Shown here piece by piece: positions 35,008-44,619 of a stretch of 64,000 bases of DNA (position 1 is its first letter; each line of letters opens with the position of its first letter). The notes below the pieces were generated by a model, which did not search any database, was not told the DNA's origin, and saw nothing but the letters and a program-made list of their open reading frames with translations. The position numbers and the translations under genes were made by a program. Source of the DNA: a virus (lineage: Duplodnaviria; Caudoviricetes); IMG/VR virus record IMGVR_UViG_3300025154_000056, positions 1-64,000 of that record; one strand, written 5' to 3'.

Positions 35008-35793
35008 ATGGGATTTTCATTTGACGTAACTAGGACAGTTCCTGCGGCAGCTGTGGAAGCACAGCCAGTAGACAACAACGACCCTATCGTACAGAAGCTT
35101 CCTGGGCTGGACGCAGAAGATATTGACTCTTTGCTTATGTCGGCTGTAGGGGCTGACATGACTTACGAGTTGGGAGTCTGGGACACCACAGCAGCAGTAG
35201 ACACTTGGATTGTGGTAGACACTGGTACTCTATTGAATGGGGTACCTTATGAGGTGGCGTTCCAGTACTTCTCAAAAGAAGGAACTCAAATATACTGCAG
35301 GGCTACGGTAGCGCCAGCAGCGGACGTGTCTCTACGCATCAAAGAAGTGACTGGCAGCGGTACTTCTGCTGGCCCGCTGCCTTTGGGTGCGGCTACTGAG
35401 ACAAAACAAGATGCCCAAATAGTACTTGAAACAGCTATCAGTAGTAAGCTCCCTGCCACCCTAGGCGCCAAAGCCGGCGCGGCCTCCCTCTCGGTGGTCC
35501 CCGCGACGGACTCGGGGCTGGCGACTTCGGGGAAACAAGACACGCTGCAAACCGCGATCAACCTGATCAAGCCCGGCTTGAGCGGCCCCGTGGTCGACTA
35601 CTCGGGGGGCGACGTCACCTACGCGGGAGGCGTGCAGCTCTTCGTCGCAGTCGCCGGAACGCTGAAGTACGACGACGCGAATGGCAACGCGGCGCAAGTG
35701 CTGAGCGACATTCCGGCAGGCGTCACGACTCCGTGGCTCGTGACTAAGGTGTACAAGGTCGGCACGTCGGCTGTCCTGGTGGCGGTGTCCTGA
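35008..35793 (+). CDS. putative virion accessory protein
   Basis: GAGG RBS; ATxxKQD motif twice. Confidence 0.65.
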   Translation: MGFSFDVTRTVPAAAVEAQPVDNNDPIVQKLPGLDAEDIDSLLMSAVGADMTYELGVWDTTAAVDTWIVVDTGTLLNGVPYEVAFQYFSKEGTQIYCRATVAPAADVSLRIKEVTGSGTSAGPLPLGAATETKQDAQIVLETAISSKLPATLGAKAGAASLSVVPATDSGLATSGKQDTLQTAINLIKPGLSGPVVDYSGGDVTYAGGVQLFVAVAGTLKYDDANGNAAQVLSDIPAGVTTPWLVTKVYKVGTSAVLVAVS

Positions 35794-37514
35794 TGGCGTC
35801 GCGCTCTGCTCGTGGTCGTGGACGCGTGTTCGGCGCCGCCCCCGTCTGGCCCACCACGCTACCCAGCGCGTCGATGGGTCCGTTTTCAAACACCGCCTAT
35901 ATCACCGGGGATACGCAGCCCGCGTTCGACGACGAGGAAACGTTCGTGCTGCTATTCGAAATGCCCGCAGCGGTTAGCGCTGGCGCGTACGAGTTTTTGT
36001 GGTGTTGTGAGAACGCGGACTTGACCAAGGGCTTTTCGATTATAGCGTATGGCGACGCAGGTTCTGCGTTGATCGCTGTTCGGCCCGGGGGCTTTTACTT
36101 CAAGCCGCTCACGTGGCGCATTGGGCTAAATTGTCTAGTGCTCACCAGGAAGGCAGCGGGCGAGATACGATACTCGCTCAACGGCGCCGCCGCCGCGCAA
36201 TGGGTAGCGAGCGCGGCGGCGTCGACTGTCGACGTGACGTGCGTGCAGCAGATCGGCGCGCTCAACGGCGCATACGCGACAGAAGACTGGCGTATGCTGG
36301 AGGTCGCTCACATCGGCGTTGAAACGTCGGACGCGGACATGGCGCTATGGTCCAACGTCGTCAACGAGGACGATCGCTACCACCTGTCATCCGCTGTCCG
36401 AGAGCACGCCTCGCTCGTGTCCAATTGGTCGGCTGATCGGGATTGGGACGGAGGAGCCTCTACCGTATCAGGGCTAGGGTCTGCCCCCACTACGTGGACC
36501 CTTACAGATACAATTGTGCGCAATACGATCGAGTCCGAATGGCTGCTGACCGAAAGGCAAGCGTGGTGGCACGACTCGCACACATACGAAGACGAAACGA
36601 CGCACAACCGGCGGAACATCTTCGCCCGCGCTCGGATCATCACTGATGCAACGCGGATCGTCGTCGACGCCTACAACACGATCTTCACAGCGTTTCCGGC
36701 GTACGCCGGGGTCGGAGTCTACGTGGGAGGCGCGTACGATGATCAGGCGCTGGCAAACAAGGTCAACGCGAGCACCGCAAAGGACCTAGCGTTTGCGGCG
36801 GGTAGTAAGACGCTGGACTTCGTCGACGGTTTACAAACCAACCCGCCTGGGACAGTGCTCGGAACATACACTACACGCGTGCGAATTCCCAAAAGCGCGT
36901 CCTATTCGGTCGTGCTTGCGTCTCCGCCAGCCGATAGGCTGGTGGTCTATGGCGACTCGATCGCCAGCGGCGGCACCGCGACAATCGGCGTGCGCGACGC
37001 GTGGCCGTTGCTCGTGCGTGGCGACTATTCGGGCGGAGTATTGGTGGAGTCTTGGGGTTACCGGTCTTTGTACGACGACGCGAACACCGCTGGACTTCGC
37101 GCCGCGTTCGTTGCGCAACTTGTGGCGCTTTGCGATGGCACTTCGTCAAACACGCTATGGCTGGCGATTGGGACCAACGACTACGGCCTAAGCAAGTGGA
37201 CGGCAGCAGCCTTCGGCGTGGCGTATGCTGCGCTACTGGACGACTTGCACACCGCGCTACCGGCGTTGACGATCTATTGCCAGACGCCGCTCACGCGTGG
37301 CACAGAGACCGCTAACGGTAGCGGGTCGACGTTGCCAGAGTATCGCGCGGAGATCGCGACGGCGGTGTCTACGCGTGGGGCGTATTGCACGCTGGTGGAC
37401 GGGACGACGCTCACGACGTACCCAGGCACAGACTATGACGCTGACACCATCCACCTGACAACAGCGGGACACGCGTCCTACAAGGCAGCCGTAAAGGCGG
37501 TATTGGGATACTAG
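35793..37514 (+). CDS. LamG-like plus SGNH/GDSL hydrolase virion protein
   Basis: VVYGDSI, AIGTND, DTIHL catalytic blocks; N-terminal beta-sandwich. Confidence 0.8.
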   Translation: MASRSARGRGRVFGAAPVWPTTLPSASMGPFSNTAYITGDTQPAFDDEETFVLLFEMPAAVSAGAYEFLWCCENADLTKGFSIIAYGDAGSALIAVRPGGFYFKPLTWRIGLNCLVLTRKAAGEIRYSLNGAAAAQWVASAAASTVDVTCVQQIGALNGAYATEDWRMLEVAHIGVETSDADMALWSNVVNEDDRYHLSSAVREHASLVSNWSADRDWDGGASTVSGLGSAPTTWTLTDTIVRNTIESEWLLTERQAWWHDSHTYEDETTHNRRNIFARARIITDATRIVVDAYNTIFTAFPAYAGVGVYVGGAYDDQALANKVNASTAKDLAFAAGSKTLDFVDGLQTNPPGTVLGTYTTRVRIPKSASYSVVLASPPADRLVVYGDSIASGGTATIGVRDAWPLLVRGDYSGGVLVESWGYRSLYDDANTAGLRAAFVAQLVALCDGTSSNTLWLAIGTNDYGLSKWTAAAFGVAYAALLDDLHTALPALTIYCQTPLTRGTETANGSGSTLPEYRAEIATAVSTRGAYCTLVDGTTLTTYPGTDYDADTIHLTTAGHASYKAAVKAVLGY

Positions 37515-37688
37515 ATGACCACCAAGCCCCCGGCCGACGATCGATCGTCAAGGAGATAGCCAAGTGACCGACGTACTATCCACAATCCAATCCGCAGCAG
37601 TCTACGCTGTAATCGTGGTCGCCACCGTCGAGGCCGCTGTCTGTTGACCTCTCGCTCACTGCTTCTGTAACTAAAGGAATGATTTGTA

Positions 37689-39908
37689 ATGCCTCTAGCT
37701 TTTTTCAACACTGGTACAAGCGCTGGCGGGGCCATTCCTTTTCAGCGGGTAGTAGAACCGCAACAGCTGGGGATGTTTCTGAACCTGGAACAGGCAGAGC
37801 TACTCAGGATTCAGCGATACAATGAAGGCTGGAGGTTTTACTTCGGGAAGCATTGGCTGTTTACCAGGAGTGATGGTGAACCTCTAGTCACGGTCAATTA
37901 CTTCAGGAAGATTATCGATAAGTCGGTGAGCTTCCTGGTGGGTAAAAGCTTCACAGTCCAGGTACCCGAGGCGGTGGAACAAGTCACGAAGCCGTTCATC
38001 GACGAAGTGTGGAAATACAATAAGCGAGATATGTTCGCTTATGACTCGGCTACCATGGGTGCGGTGACCGGCGACGTGTTTGTGCTCATCACTTCAGAGC
38101 AGCCTTCGATCATGCAGCGTAGAATCAACCCGTACTCAAAGGGTCGTATTCGTATAAACCTACTTGGCAGCGAGCAAGTATTCCCGTCTTGGGATCCAGT
38201 GGATATGGACACCATGACGTCTGCGCGTATAGAGACAATCTATTATGCAGAACGTGGTGTTGATAACCCTGCAGTAGACGGCAGACAAATTGTGACTCGT
38301 AGATTCACACAGACGATCACAGCTGACCGAATCATCAAGCAGTACCATGGTCAGATGCCCGTCATAGAGGCGAATAGACTTGGCGAGATTCCAGTAGTTC
38401 ACATCAAGAACATGCCCATACCTAGGGAGTACTATGGTCTTCCTGATGGGCTCGATGTTGTTGATCTCCAACGTGAGTACAATGAGAAGAGCACTGACAT
38501 ATCAGACTCTATCAATTATCATAGTAGCCCCGTGACTGTGGTGTTTGGCGCGAAGGCAAAGCAACTACAACGTGGTGCAAAGCAGGTGTGGTCGGGGCTC
38601 CCGACTGACGCCAGGGTTGAGACACTCAAGCTCGAAGGCGACATGACTGCTGCTGTGAACTACCTCGATCGGGTGAAGAAGAGTATCCACGAGGTCAGCG
38701 ACATCCCCGAAGGCACTCTTGGTACAATGCAGCCCATCTCCAACACGTCGGGCGTTGCACTGCACACGCAGTACCAGCCTCTCATTGAGAAGACTGCGCG
38801 CAAGCGAACGATGTACAAGGACGGCTTCGAACAAATCAACTACTTCATCCTCCGTATTGGCATGTCTCTTGGTCAGCTTTATGTTCCGTTTGATTTGTGT
38901 AAGTCGTGCGGTGGCAGGATTGTTGAGGTCATCAATCCTAATAAGACGCAACCTATGTGGAACGTAGAGACTGAGTCTTACGACCAGGTCCCTGTGCGGG
39001 AAAAGAAGTGCTATCACATTGATAAGCAGACGCTTGAATTCAACGAGCCAGACGACATGCGGATCAAGTTCTGGCGCAACTACGGATTCGGGCGTGAGCT
39101 GCGAGAGATGCGGTTCAAGGACATCAAGGTGGAGATGCAGCGAGAGGGCTCCTTCTGGGACTACACCAAGCTCCTAGACGCCCTGAAGTCTGACTTTGCA
39201 CGCAGGTGGGTGCAGCAGAACCCTCATCTGTTCCCGGAGCCTGTGGATGTCCTTCCTGACGGTAGGGTGGTGGGTCTACCTCGCCCGCCCCAGCAGCCTC
39301 AGGTCGACGCCATGGGCAATGATATGCCACTACCTGATCAGACCATGGGGCCTGACGGCAACCCAGCAGCACCTAGCCAGGTTCCGTACCCTGAGTGGAT
39401 GCAGCAGGATATCATCCCTGAAGAAGAGATTGATATACCTGAAGAGCCTGAGCATGTACTAGTGGTGAATACACTGGTTCACCCAGAGTCTGGTCAGATA
39501 GTTGGTGAGGAATTGACAGAGAAGTTCATTGTCCCTACTGGGTGCAGGAACCCTCAATACCTCAACCCGTTTGAGACTGACGTCTCTTTCCAAGATGTGT
39601 TGCCCAAGGATAGGGCAATGGAAGCTCAGCTATTCGCACAGTACCAAGAGAATGGTTGGACTGATGCGTATTGGGCCCAAGAGCAAATCCCTGAGATTGC
39701 AGAGTCTGTGGCGGAGATTCGAAAGCGAATGAAGTCCGCAGCAAATGCACCTGGCATGCAGCCCGGTGTTGCCCCAGGGCAGGTTGCTAACCAGCCTCAG
39801 CCTATGTCCAACCCCTTTGAGACTCAACTATCACCTACGGCCACCCCCGCAGCGTCGGTACCCGGGCTGAGAGGTAATCCGACGCTACTGACTCAGCAGC
39901 CCATGTGA
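37689..39908 (+). CDS. portal protein (SPP1 Gp6-like) with large insertion
   Basis: NYFRKIID, NRLGEIPVVHIKN, QREYNEKSTD, NTSGVALH motifs; position before scaffold and capsid. Confidence 0.88.
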   Translation: MPLAFFNTGTSAGGAIPFQRVVEPQQLGMFLNLEQAELLRIQRYNEGWRFYFGKHWLFTRSDGEPLVTVNYFRKIIDKSVSFLVGKSFTVQVPEAVEQVTKPFIDEVWKYNKRDMFAYDSATMGAVTGDVFVLITSEQPSIMQRRINPYSKGRIRINLLGSEQVFPSWDPVDMDTMTSARIETIYYAERGVDNPAVDGRQIVTRRFTQTITADRIIKQYHGQMPVIEANRLGEIPVVHIKNMPIPREYYGLPDGLDVVDLQREYNEKSTDISDSINYHSSPVTVVFGAKAKQLQRGAKQVWSGLPTDARVETLKLEGDMTAAVNYLDRVKKSIHEVSDIPEGTLGTMQPISNTSGVALHTQYQPLIEKTARKRTMYKDGFEQINYFILRIGMSLGQLYVPFDLCKSCGGRIVEVINPNKTQPMWNVETESYDQVPVREKKCYHIDKQTLEFNEPDDMRIKFWRNYGFGRELREMRFKDIKVEMQREGSFWDYTKLLDALKSDFARRWVQQNPHLFPEPVDVLPDGRVVGLPRPPQQPQVDAMGNDMPLPDQTMGPDGNPAAPSQVPYPEWMQQDIIPEEEIDIPEEPEHVLVVNTLVHPESGQIVGEELTEKFIVPTGCRNPQYLNPFETDVSFQDVLPKDRAMEAQLFAQYQENGWTDAYWAQEQIPEIAESVAEIRKRMKSAANAPGMQPGVAPGQVANQPQPMSNPFETQLSPTATPAASVPGLRGNPTLLTQQPM

Positions 39909-40282
39909 GGTGTGTTATGCGAGTGCCCAATGGATTTGAACCGTCTGAATTCTCAAAGATGATTCTGGCTGACACAGAGAGTGCACTTGCGGAGAAGCGA
40001 GAGCGGACCTCGTCTGGAGGGGATAGGGCAGTAGGCAGGAACGAGCAGTACATGGCTGAGGCTGAGGGCCAGGTGGCCCCGTTCCTACTCAAGAGTATTG
40101 AGAGGGACGCGCAGCGGCGCAATTACTACATTGTACCTGGCGGGGCCCGTATCTGGACTGATAAAGACGAACTTGAATTCGAAGACGGGAAGGTTGAATT
40201 TGAAGATTACTCATATGATGCCCCTGATGAGCACGAAGCTTTGGGACACGACAAGGTACCGTCGGTAGGGCCCAGACAATGA
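39905..40282 (+). CDS. hypothetical protein
   Basis: tiles after portal. Confidence 0.6.
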   Translation: MRCVMRVPNGFEPSEFSKMILADTESALAEKRERTSSGGDRAVGRNEQYMAEAEGQVAPFLLKSIERDAQRRNYYIVPGGARIWTDKDELEFEDGKVEFEDYSYDAPDEHEALGHDKVPSVGPRQ

Positions 40283-40527
40283 GTGATGTAACCCGAAGCA
40301 GGCGCAAGCGAGTCAAGCGGCTCTTGACTGAGTCTGGCGTCCCAGAAAGAGCCCACAAGGCATTCCTTGATAGGGACAGTAAGGAGCATGGCATGAAGGG
40401 TAAGAAGACCAAGAAGAAGCACGGCATGACAGGAGCGGTGAAGCCCTCAGGTGTACCAGCTGGTGGAGGTGACCAGGTACATGGCAAAGGAAAAAAGAAG
40501 ACGATGAAAAAGAAGGGGAAGTGCTAA
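40279..40527 (+). CDS. small highly basic protein
   Basis: Lys/Arg-rich, HGMKGKKTKKKHGM. Confidence 0.6.
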   Translation: MSDVTRSRRKRVKRLLTESGVPERAHKAFLDRDSKEHGMKGKKTKKKHGMTGAVKPSGVPAGGGDQVHGKGKKKTMKKKGKC

Positions 40528-40545
40528 TACAGAAAGAGCAGTCCA

Positions 40546-40716
40546 ATGACAGGTACACTCGACCCGCATATGGAAGAGATTGATATCGGCCCCAAAAGCC
40601 CGCTCAAACGTAGAGAAACACCGATGACTCACGCGGACTATGAGATGGAAGAGATGGAGCGGGAATTTGAAGCTGAACCTGGGTTTACTTGGCAAGAACG
40701 GCAAGATGGGGTATAA
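40546..40716 (+). CDS. 56-aa acidic protein (absent from ORF track)
   Basis: MTGTLDPHMEEIDIGP...QERQDGV* fills the gap. Confidence 0.5.
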   Translation: MTGTLDPHMEEIDIGPKSPLKRRETPMTHADYEMEEMEREFEAEPGFTWQERQDGV

Positions 40717-40722
40717 CGGTAG

Positions 40723-41061
40723 GTGGATATGGATGTACTATCTTCAAGCGTTATACCTGGAGAGGTAATTGAAGTCTCTCCTGGTGAATTTGTGGAAGTC
40801 ACTACGTACGACGGCGATCCGATTCATTTCGAAGGTGGGTCAAAAGCTCCAGCCAATTACTCACCTGAACTACCTTCAGATCCAAAGACCATCAAATACC
40901 CTGGCAGCTATTCTGGCAGGGTAGTGAACGTAAAGGGACGCGAGAACGGTACAGTCGTGTCGGGTTTCAAGTGTCCGGTTTGTCCGTTCTGCGCAAAGAG
41001 CGCTACTGGGTTTCGACGCCACATGCGGGCGAAACACGGCTCACGGTTTTTTGAATACTGA
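40723..41061 (+). CDS. protein with C-terminal C2H2 zinc finger
   Basis: FKCPVCPFCAKSATGFRRHMRAKH. Confidence 0.7.
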   Translation: MDMDVLSSSVIPGEVIEVSPGEFVEVTTYDGDPIHFEGGSKAPANYSPELPSDPKTIKYPGSYSGRVVNVKGRENGTVVSGFKCPVCPFCAKSATGFRRHMRAKHGSRFFEY

Positions 41062-41073
41062 AGGAGCAATTGA

Positions 41074-41361
41074 ATGAATACGAGCAAGGCCGGAAGCGGC
41101 AACTACCAGAACCTGGGTGTGGGCAACTCGTCCTCACACTCCCTGAGTGCCACCATCAAGGGCAAGTACCCGACCCCTCCGGGCGGGCACACCAGCCAGG
41201 GCGAGACTCCTGGTGCTGGGTCCATCTACTCGGCTCAACTCAATGAGCGTCCGAACATCTCCAACACGCGTAATCGCGGCCCGGAGCGTTCTCCCTCTAT
41301 CGCAGGGGCGAAGTCGATGCCCATCGTGACCGCGAGTCAGCGGAACACCGGCAAGATCTAG
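41074..41361 (+). CDS. small hypothetical head-region protein
   Basis: AAGGAG RBS. Confidence 0.65.
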   Translation: MNTSKAGSGNYQNLGVGNSSSHSLSATIKGKYPTPPGGHTSQGETPGAGSIYSAQLNERPNISNTRNRGPERSPSIAGAKSMPIVTASQRNTGKI

Positions 41362-41399
41362 CTCTCCTATCTTTGGACTCATATCTCTAGGAGACTAAT

Positions 41400-42731
41400 A
41401 TGACAATCTCAAATACCAATTCTGAAGGTACTGGCGGCGTTCCCGCTGGTGCAGACGCAGCGCAAGTCAAATCCAACGACGCGAAACCCGAAGAGTCAAT
41501 TACTTCCATGATGGAGAAAGTCCGTCAGGAAGAAAAGAAAAAGCTCTACTCTCAGATTGAGCGAGAGAAGCAGTCGAATCACGACTTGCGTACTCGCACA
41601 GCGGCTTTGGAGCAGGAACTGCAGGAGCAGAAGCTCGCGAAGCTGCCCCCAGACGAGGCATACAAAGAGCGTCTCGCTCAATTGGAAGCACAGAATAGGC
41701 GCCTCACTGACGAGGCGAATACCGCACGTATCCAGGCAGAGCAGCGCGCTCGGGCTGCCCAGGTTCTGGCGTACAGAGAGCGGGCCATTCGTGGTGCTAG
41801 AGATAACGGGCGTGGAATTGTGTTGGAGATGGTTGTAGGAAGTAGCGAAGAGGAGATTGATCGAGCAATCGAACTCTCTGCTGCTGAGTACAGACGTATC
41901 GAAGACAGAATTCGGGAACAGCTCGCGGCAGAGATGGCTCAGAGGCACCAGCAGCAATTCGTTCCCACGCAATATGCTCCTCAGCCTCCGCAGAATCCTG
42001 CGTATGTACCACAACAGCAATTCCAACCAGGGGCGGGGATGCCACAAGTTGTCAATCCTGCTCCTGTGACCGAGCAAGGACCGCCCACCGCACCTGACAT
42101 CTCAGCTCTTACGAATGAGCACGCTATCAGGTCCGGTATCTATGGTGGCGAAACAAGAGCCCATCTATTGGCGCAAATCCAGCGGATGGGTAACCCGCAG
42201 TCTACCACTGTGGGGAACTTCCCTCGTTCGTGGTCTCCAGCGCAACAGGTGCAGCAGCCCATGCCCTACATGCAGCAGCAACAGCTCCCTGGTGGAGCGG
42301 TGCAGCCTCATGGGAACCCGATTGCGGCTCCGCAGCACCCTCGCATGGTTCAGCAACCGATGCAGCCCTGGCCCGCTCAGGCCCCGCAGCATCCGTCGTA
42401 TCCGCAGCAGCCTCAACAGTACCCCCAACAGGTGCCGCAGCCTCAATATCCGCAGTACCCACAGTACCCGCAGCAGATGCCCCCGCAGCAGCCCCAGCAG
42501 CCCGCTGGTGCCCCTATGGTGGATCCCGCGCGTATGGCGGCTCAAGAGGCTATCAACCGCACCTTGCAGGGAAACAACCCGGTGATGGGGGATAATCCTG
42601 GGGCGGCGCAAGCCCTCCAAGAGGCTCATCAGTATGGGCAGTACCATGGGGTGACACCGAATACGGCGCACGCACAGAGGTTTGCTGCGAGTCCTCCGAT
42701 TCCGGTAGGGCCACCAGGATCACAACAGTAG
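41400..42731 (+). CDS. capsid scaffolding protein
   Basis: EKVRQEEKKKLY coiled coil, P/Q-rich tail; directly upstream of capsid gene. Confidence 0.75.
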   Translation: MTISNTNSEGTGGVPAGADAAQVKSNDAKPEESITSMMEKVRQEEKKKLYSQIEREKQSNHDLRTRTAALEQELQEQKLAKLPPDEAYKERLAQLEAQNRRLTDEANTARIQAEQRARAAQVLAYRERAIRGARDNGRGIVLEMVVGSSEEEIDRAIELSAAEYRRIEDRIREQLAAEMAQRHQQQFVPTQYAPQPPQNPAYVPQQQFQPGAGMPQVVNPAPVTEQGPPTAPDISALTNEHAIRSGIYGGETRAHLLAQIQRMGNPQSTTVGNFPRSWSPAQQVQQPMPYMQQQQLPGGAVQPHGNPIAAPQHPRMVQQPMQPWPAQAPQHPSYPQQPQQYPQQVPQPQYPQYPQYPQQMPPQQPQQPAGAPMVDPARMAAQEAINRTLQGNNPVMGDNPGAAQALQEAHQYGQYHGVTPNTAHAQRFAASPPIPVGPPGSQQ

Positions 42732-42788
42732 GAGTTCCCTGCAGGTGTATTTAGGCTTCAGTATTTGAACCTGTAAGGAGTCAGAGAT

Positions 42789-43778
42789 ATGGGATCCGTT
42801 CTAAATAGCGCAGTCCAGACCGGTGCTGGGTTTTCGCAGCAAGTCAACTCCGTGCGAGACGTCTTCTCGGCGGAGATTTGGTATTCAGCACTTCCTATTC
42901 TGAAGTTTGACCAATTCAGTACGAAGAAGACTGAGCTTGGTGTTCAACCGGGCAGGACGATTCAGCTGCCCAAGTTCGGCAACATCAAGCGTGGTGGTCG
43001 GCTCACTGAGGGTGTTCGTCTTCAGACGCGCGGCATGTCGATGTCGCAACAGTCCCTGACGGTGTGGGAGAACGGTAACGCCATCGGGTTTACCGAGTAC
43101 CTGCTCCAGACTGCGTTCTTCGACCAGCTCGCGGCGGCTTCGCTGCTTCTGGGTCGGGACATGGCAGTCGTGCTTGATCTGCAGCTTCGTGCTGCGATCA
43201 TGCTCGCAACGAATACCGTCTTCGCAAATGGCAAGGCGTCTAGGGATCTGCTTGTGGCGGCGGATGTCATGGACACCCGTTCGATCAAGGATGCAGTTGA
43301 GATCCTCGAAACGACCAACAGCCCCAAGTGGGCTGGGGATCACTACATCTGCTTCCTGCACCCCCACCAGGGTCGAGGACTGCGAGATGACAACGACTGG
43401 ATCAATGCGTCGTTGTACGCTGGCTCCCAGCAGATCTACACTGGAGAAATCGGTCGATACGAAGACGTCCGATTCATCGTCACTACGGTGATGCCCAATG
43501 GCGCGAATAACGCTGTTGATACAAGCACTGGTGACTTCGTGGATCCTGGCTACGATGCGAATCTTCGCGTCGGTGCTGGCGTTCCTGCGAACCAAGTCAA
43601 CGTCTACCAGTCGGTCATGTTCGGTGAGTACGCGTACGGCCATGCTACGTCGCTGCCCGTCGAGCTGCGCGACAACGGTACAGAGGACTACGGTCGCGAG
43701 CACGGGCTTGCGTGGTACTCCATCTGGGGAGAGGGTCTCCTGGAGACAGACAACTCGGTCGTCATTGAGACGGCGTAG
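42789..43778 (+). CDS. major capsid protein (N4-gp56 family)
   Basis: PILKFDQFSTKKTELGVQPG, HPHQGRGLRD, GEIGRYEDVRFI, DYGREHGLAWY. Confidence 0.9.
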   Translation: MGSVLNSAVQTGAGFSQQVNSVRDVFSAEIWYSALPILKFDQFSTKKTELGVQPGRTIQLPKFGNIKRGGRLTEGVRLQTRGMSMSQQSLTVWENGNAIGFTEYLLQTAFFDQLAAASLLLGRDMAVVLDLQLRAAIMLATNTVFANGKASRDLLVAADVMDTRSIKDAVEILETTNSPKWAGDHYICFLHPHQGRGLRDDNDWINASLYAGSQQIYTGEIGRYEDVRFIVTTVMPNGANNAVDTSTGDFVDPGYDANLRVGAGVPANQVNVYQSVMFGEYAYGHATSLPVELRDNGTEDYGREHGLAWYSIWGEGLLETDNSVVIETA

Positions 43779-43806
43779 TAGCAAGCGGCAATAGGAGATA
43801 TCTGTA

Positions 43807-44142
43807 ATGGCAAATCAGACTAAGTCGGGCATCGACCACATTGGCCTCAATGCCAGCAACATTCGCTACGTCGCAGCTACTGTGAACGCGGCTGGTATTG
43901 CGGCTGGTGAGACTTTCACGATCACGCTTCCTGAGGACCTGGACGTCAACTACGTCCCTATCATGCTGTCGCATTGGCGCGGCGCTGGTGGTGTGTGGTC
44001 CCCCATCGCTGCTGGTTCCATCGTTGTCACCAGCTATACCCCCGCTACTCGGACCCTCCTCCTCACCGCTGCAGGTGCTGGGTGCAACGCTGCTGACGAA
44101 CTCATCATGCTGTTCGCTGCTACGGAAGCTGTGATCTCGTAG
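43807..44142 (+). CDS. putative capsid decoration protein
   Basis: small beta-rich ORF after capsid gene. Confidence 0.55.
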   Translation: MANQTKSGIDHIGLNASNIRYVAATVNAAGIAAGETFTITLPEDLDVNYVPIMLSHWRGAGGVWSPIAAGSIVVTSYTPATRTLLLTAAGAGCNAADELIMLFAATEAVIS

Positions 44143-44170
44143 ACGTGGGCAGAATTGAAGGAGCGATATT

Positions 44171-44533
44171 ATGTCGAAGCAACCTCAAAACGTCCCCGGA
44201 CGTGTTTCAGTGTCCGCTGAACCGATGGAAGAAGTAGTGGAAAACAAGGGCGCATTCCAGTCAGAGACTGCTCGTAAGGCTGCGGAAGCCGCTGACCTAT
44301 CAGAGAGAACTGACGTCAGCGAACCGAAGTCCGCACTCGTTGGCGCAAACGACACCCCCATAGCCATCGATGTGCAGAAGGTGGACGGCAATCGAGAGGT
44401 TGTTGTTCGTCCTCTGAAGACGGTCTCTCGCCTGTGGTTCGGCCGCGAGCAGTACAGTCTCGTTGCTGGAAAGAAGGCGAAGGTTCCTCTGCGTGTGGCA
44501 AACATCCTTCGTCAGAAGGGTATTGTCGCGTAG
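44171..44533 (+). CDS. hypothetical head-region protein
   Basis: AAGGAG RBS. Confidence 0.65.
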   Translation: MSKQPQNVPGRVSVSAEPMEEVVENKGAFQSETARKAAEAADLSERTDVSEPKSALVGANDTPIAIDVQKVDGNREVVVRPLKTVSRLWFGREQYSLVAGKKAKVPLRVANILRQKGIVA

Positions 44534-44557
44534 TCTCTGGGAGGCACCAGACTGGAT

Positions 44558-44598
44558 GGGCCATTCTCGGGGGACACTCTGAGATGGCCCTTCTGTTT
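44558..44598 (+). terminator. stem-loop terminator after capsid operon
   Basis: GGGCCAT.CTCGG/CTGAGATGGCCC followed by TTCTGTTT. Confidence 0.55.
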
Positions 44599-44619
44599 AT
44601 CGGCTCGCAGGAGAATTAG

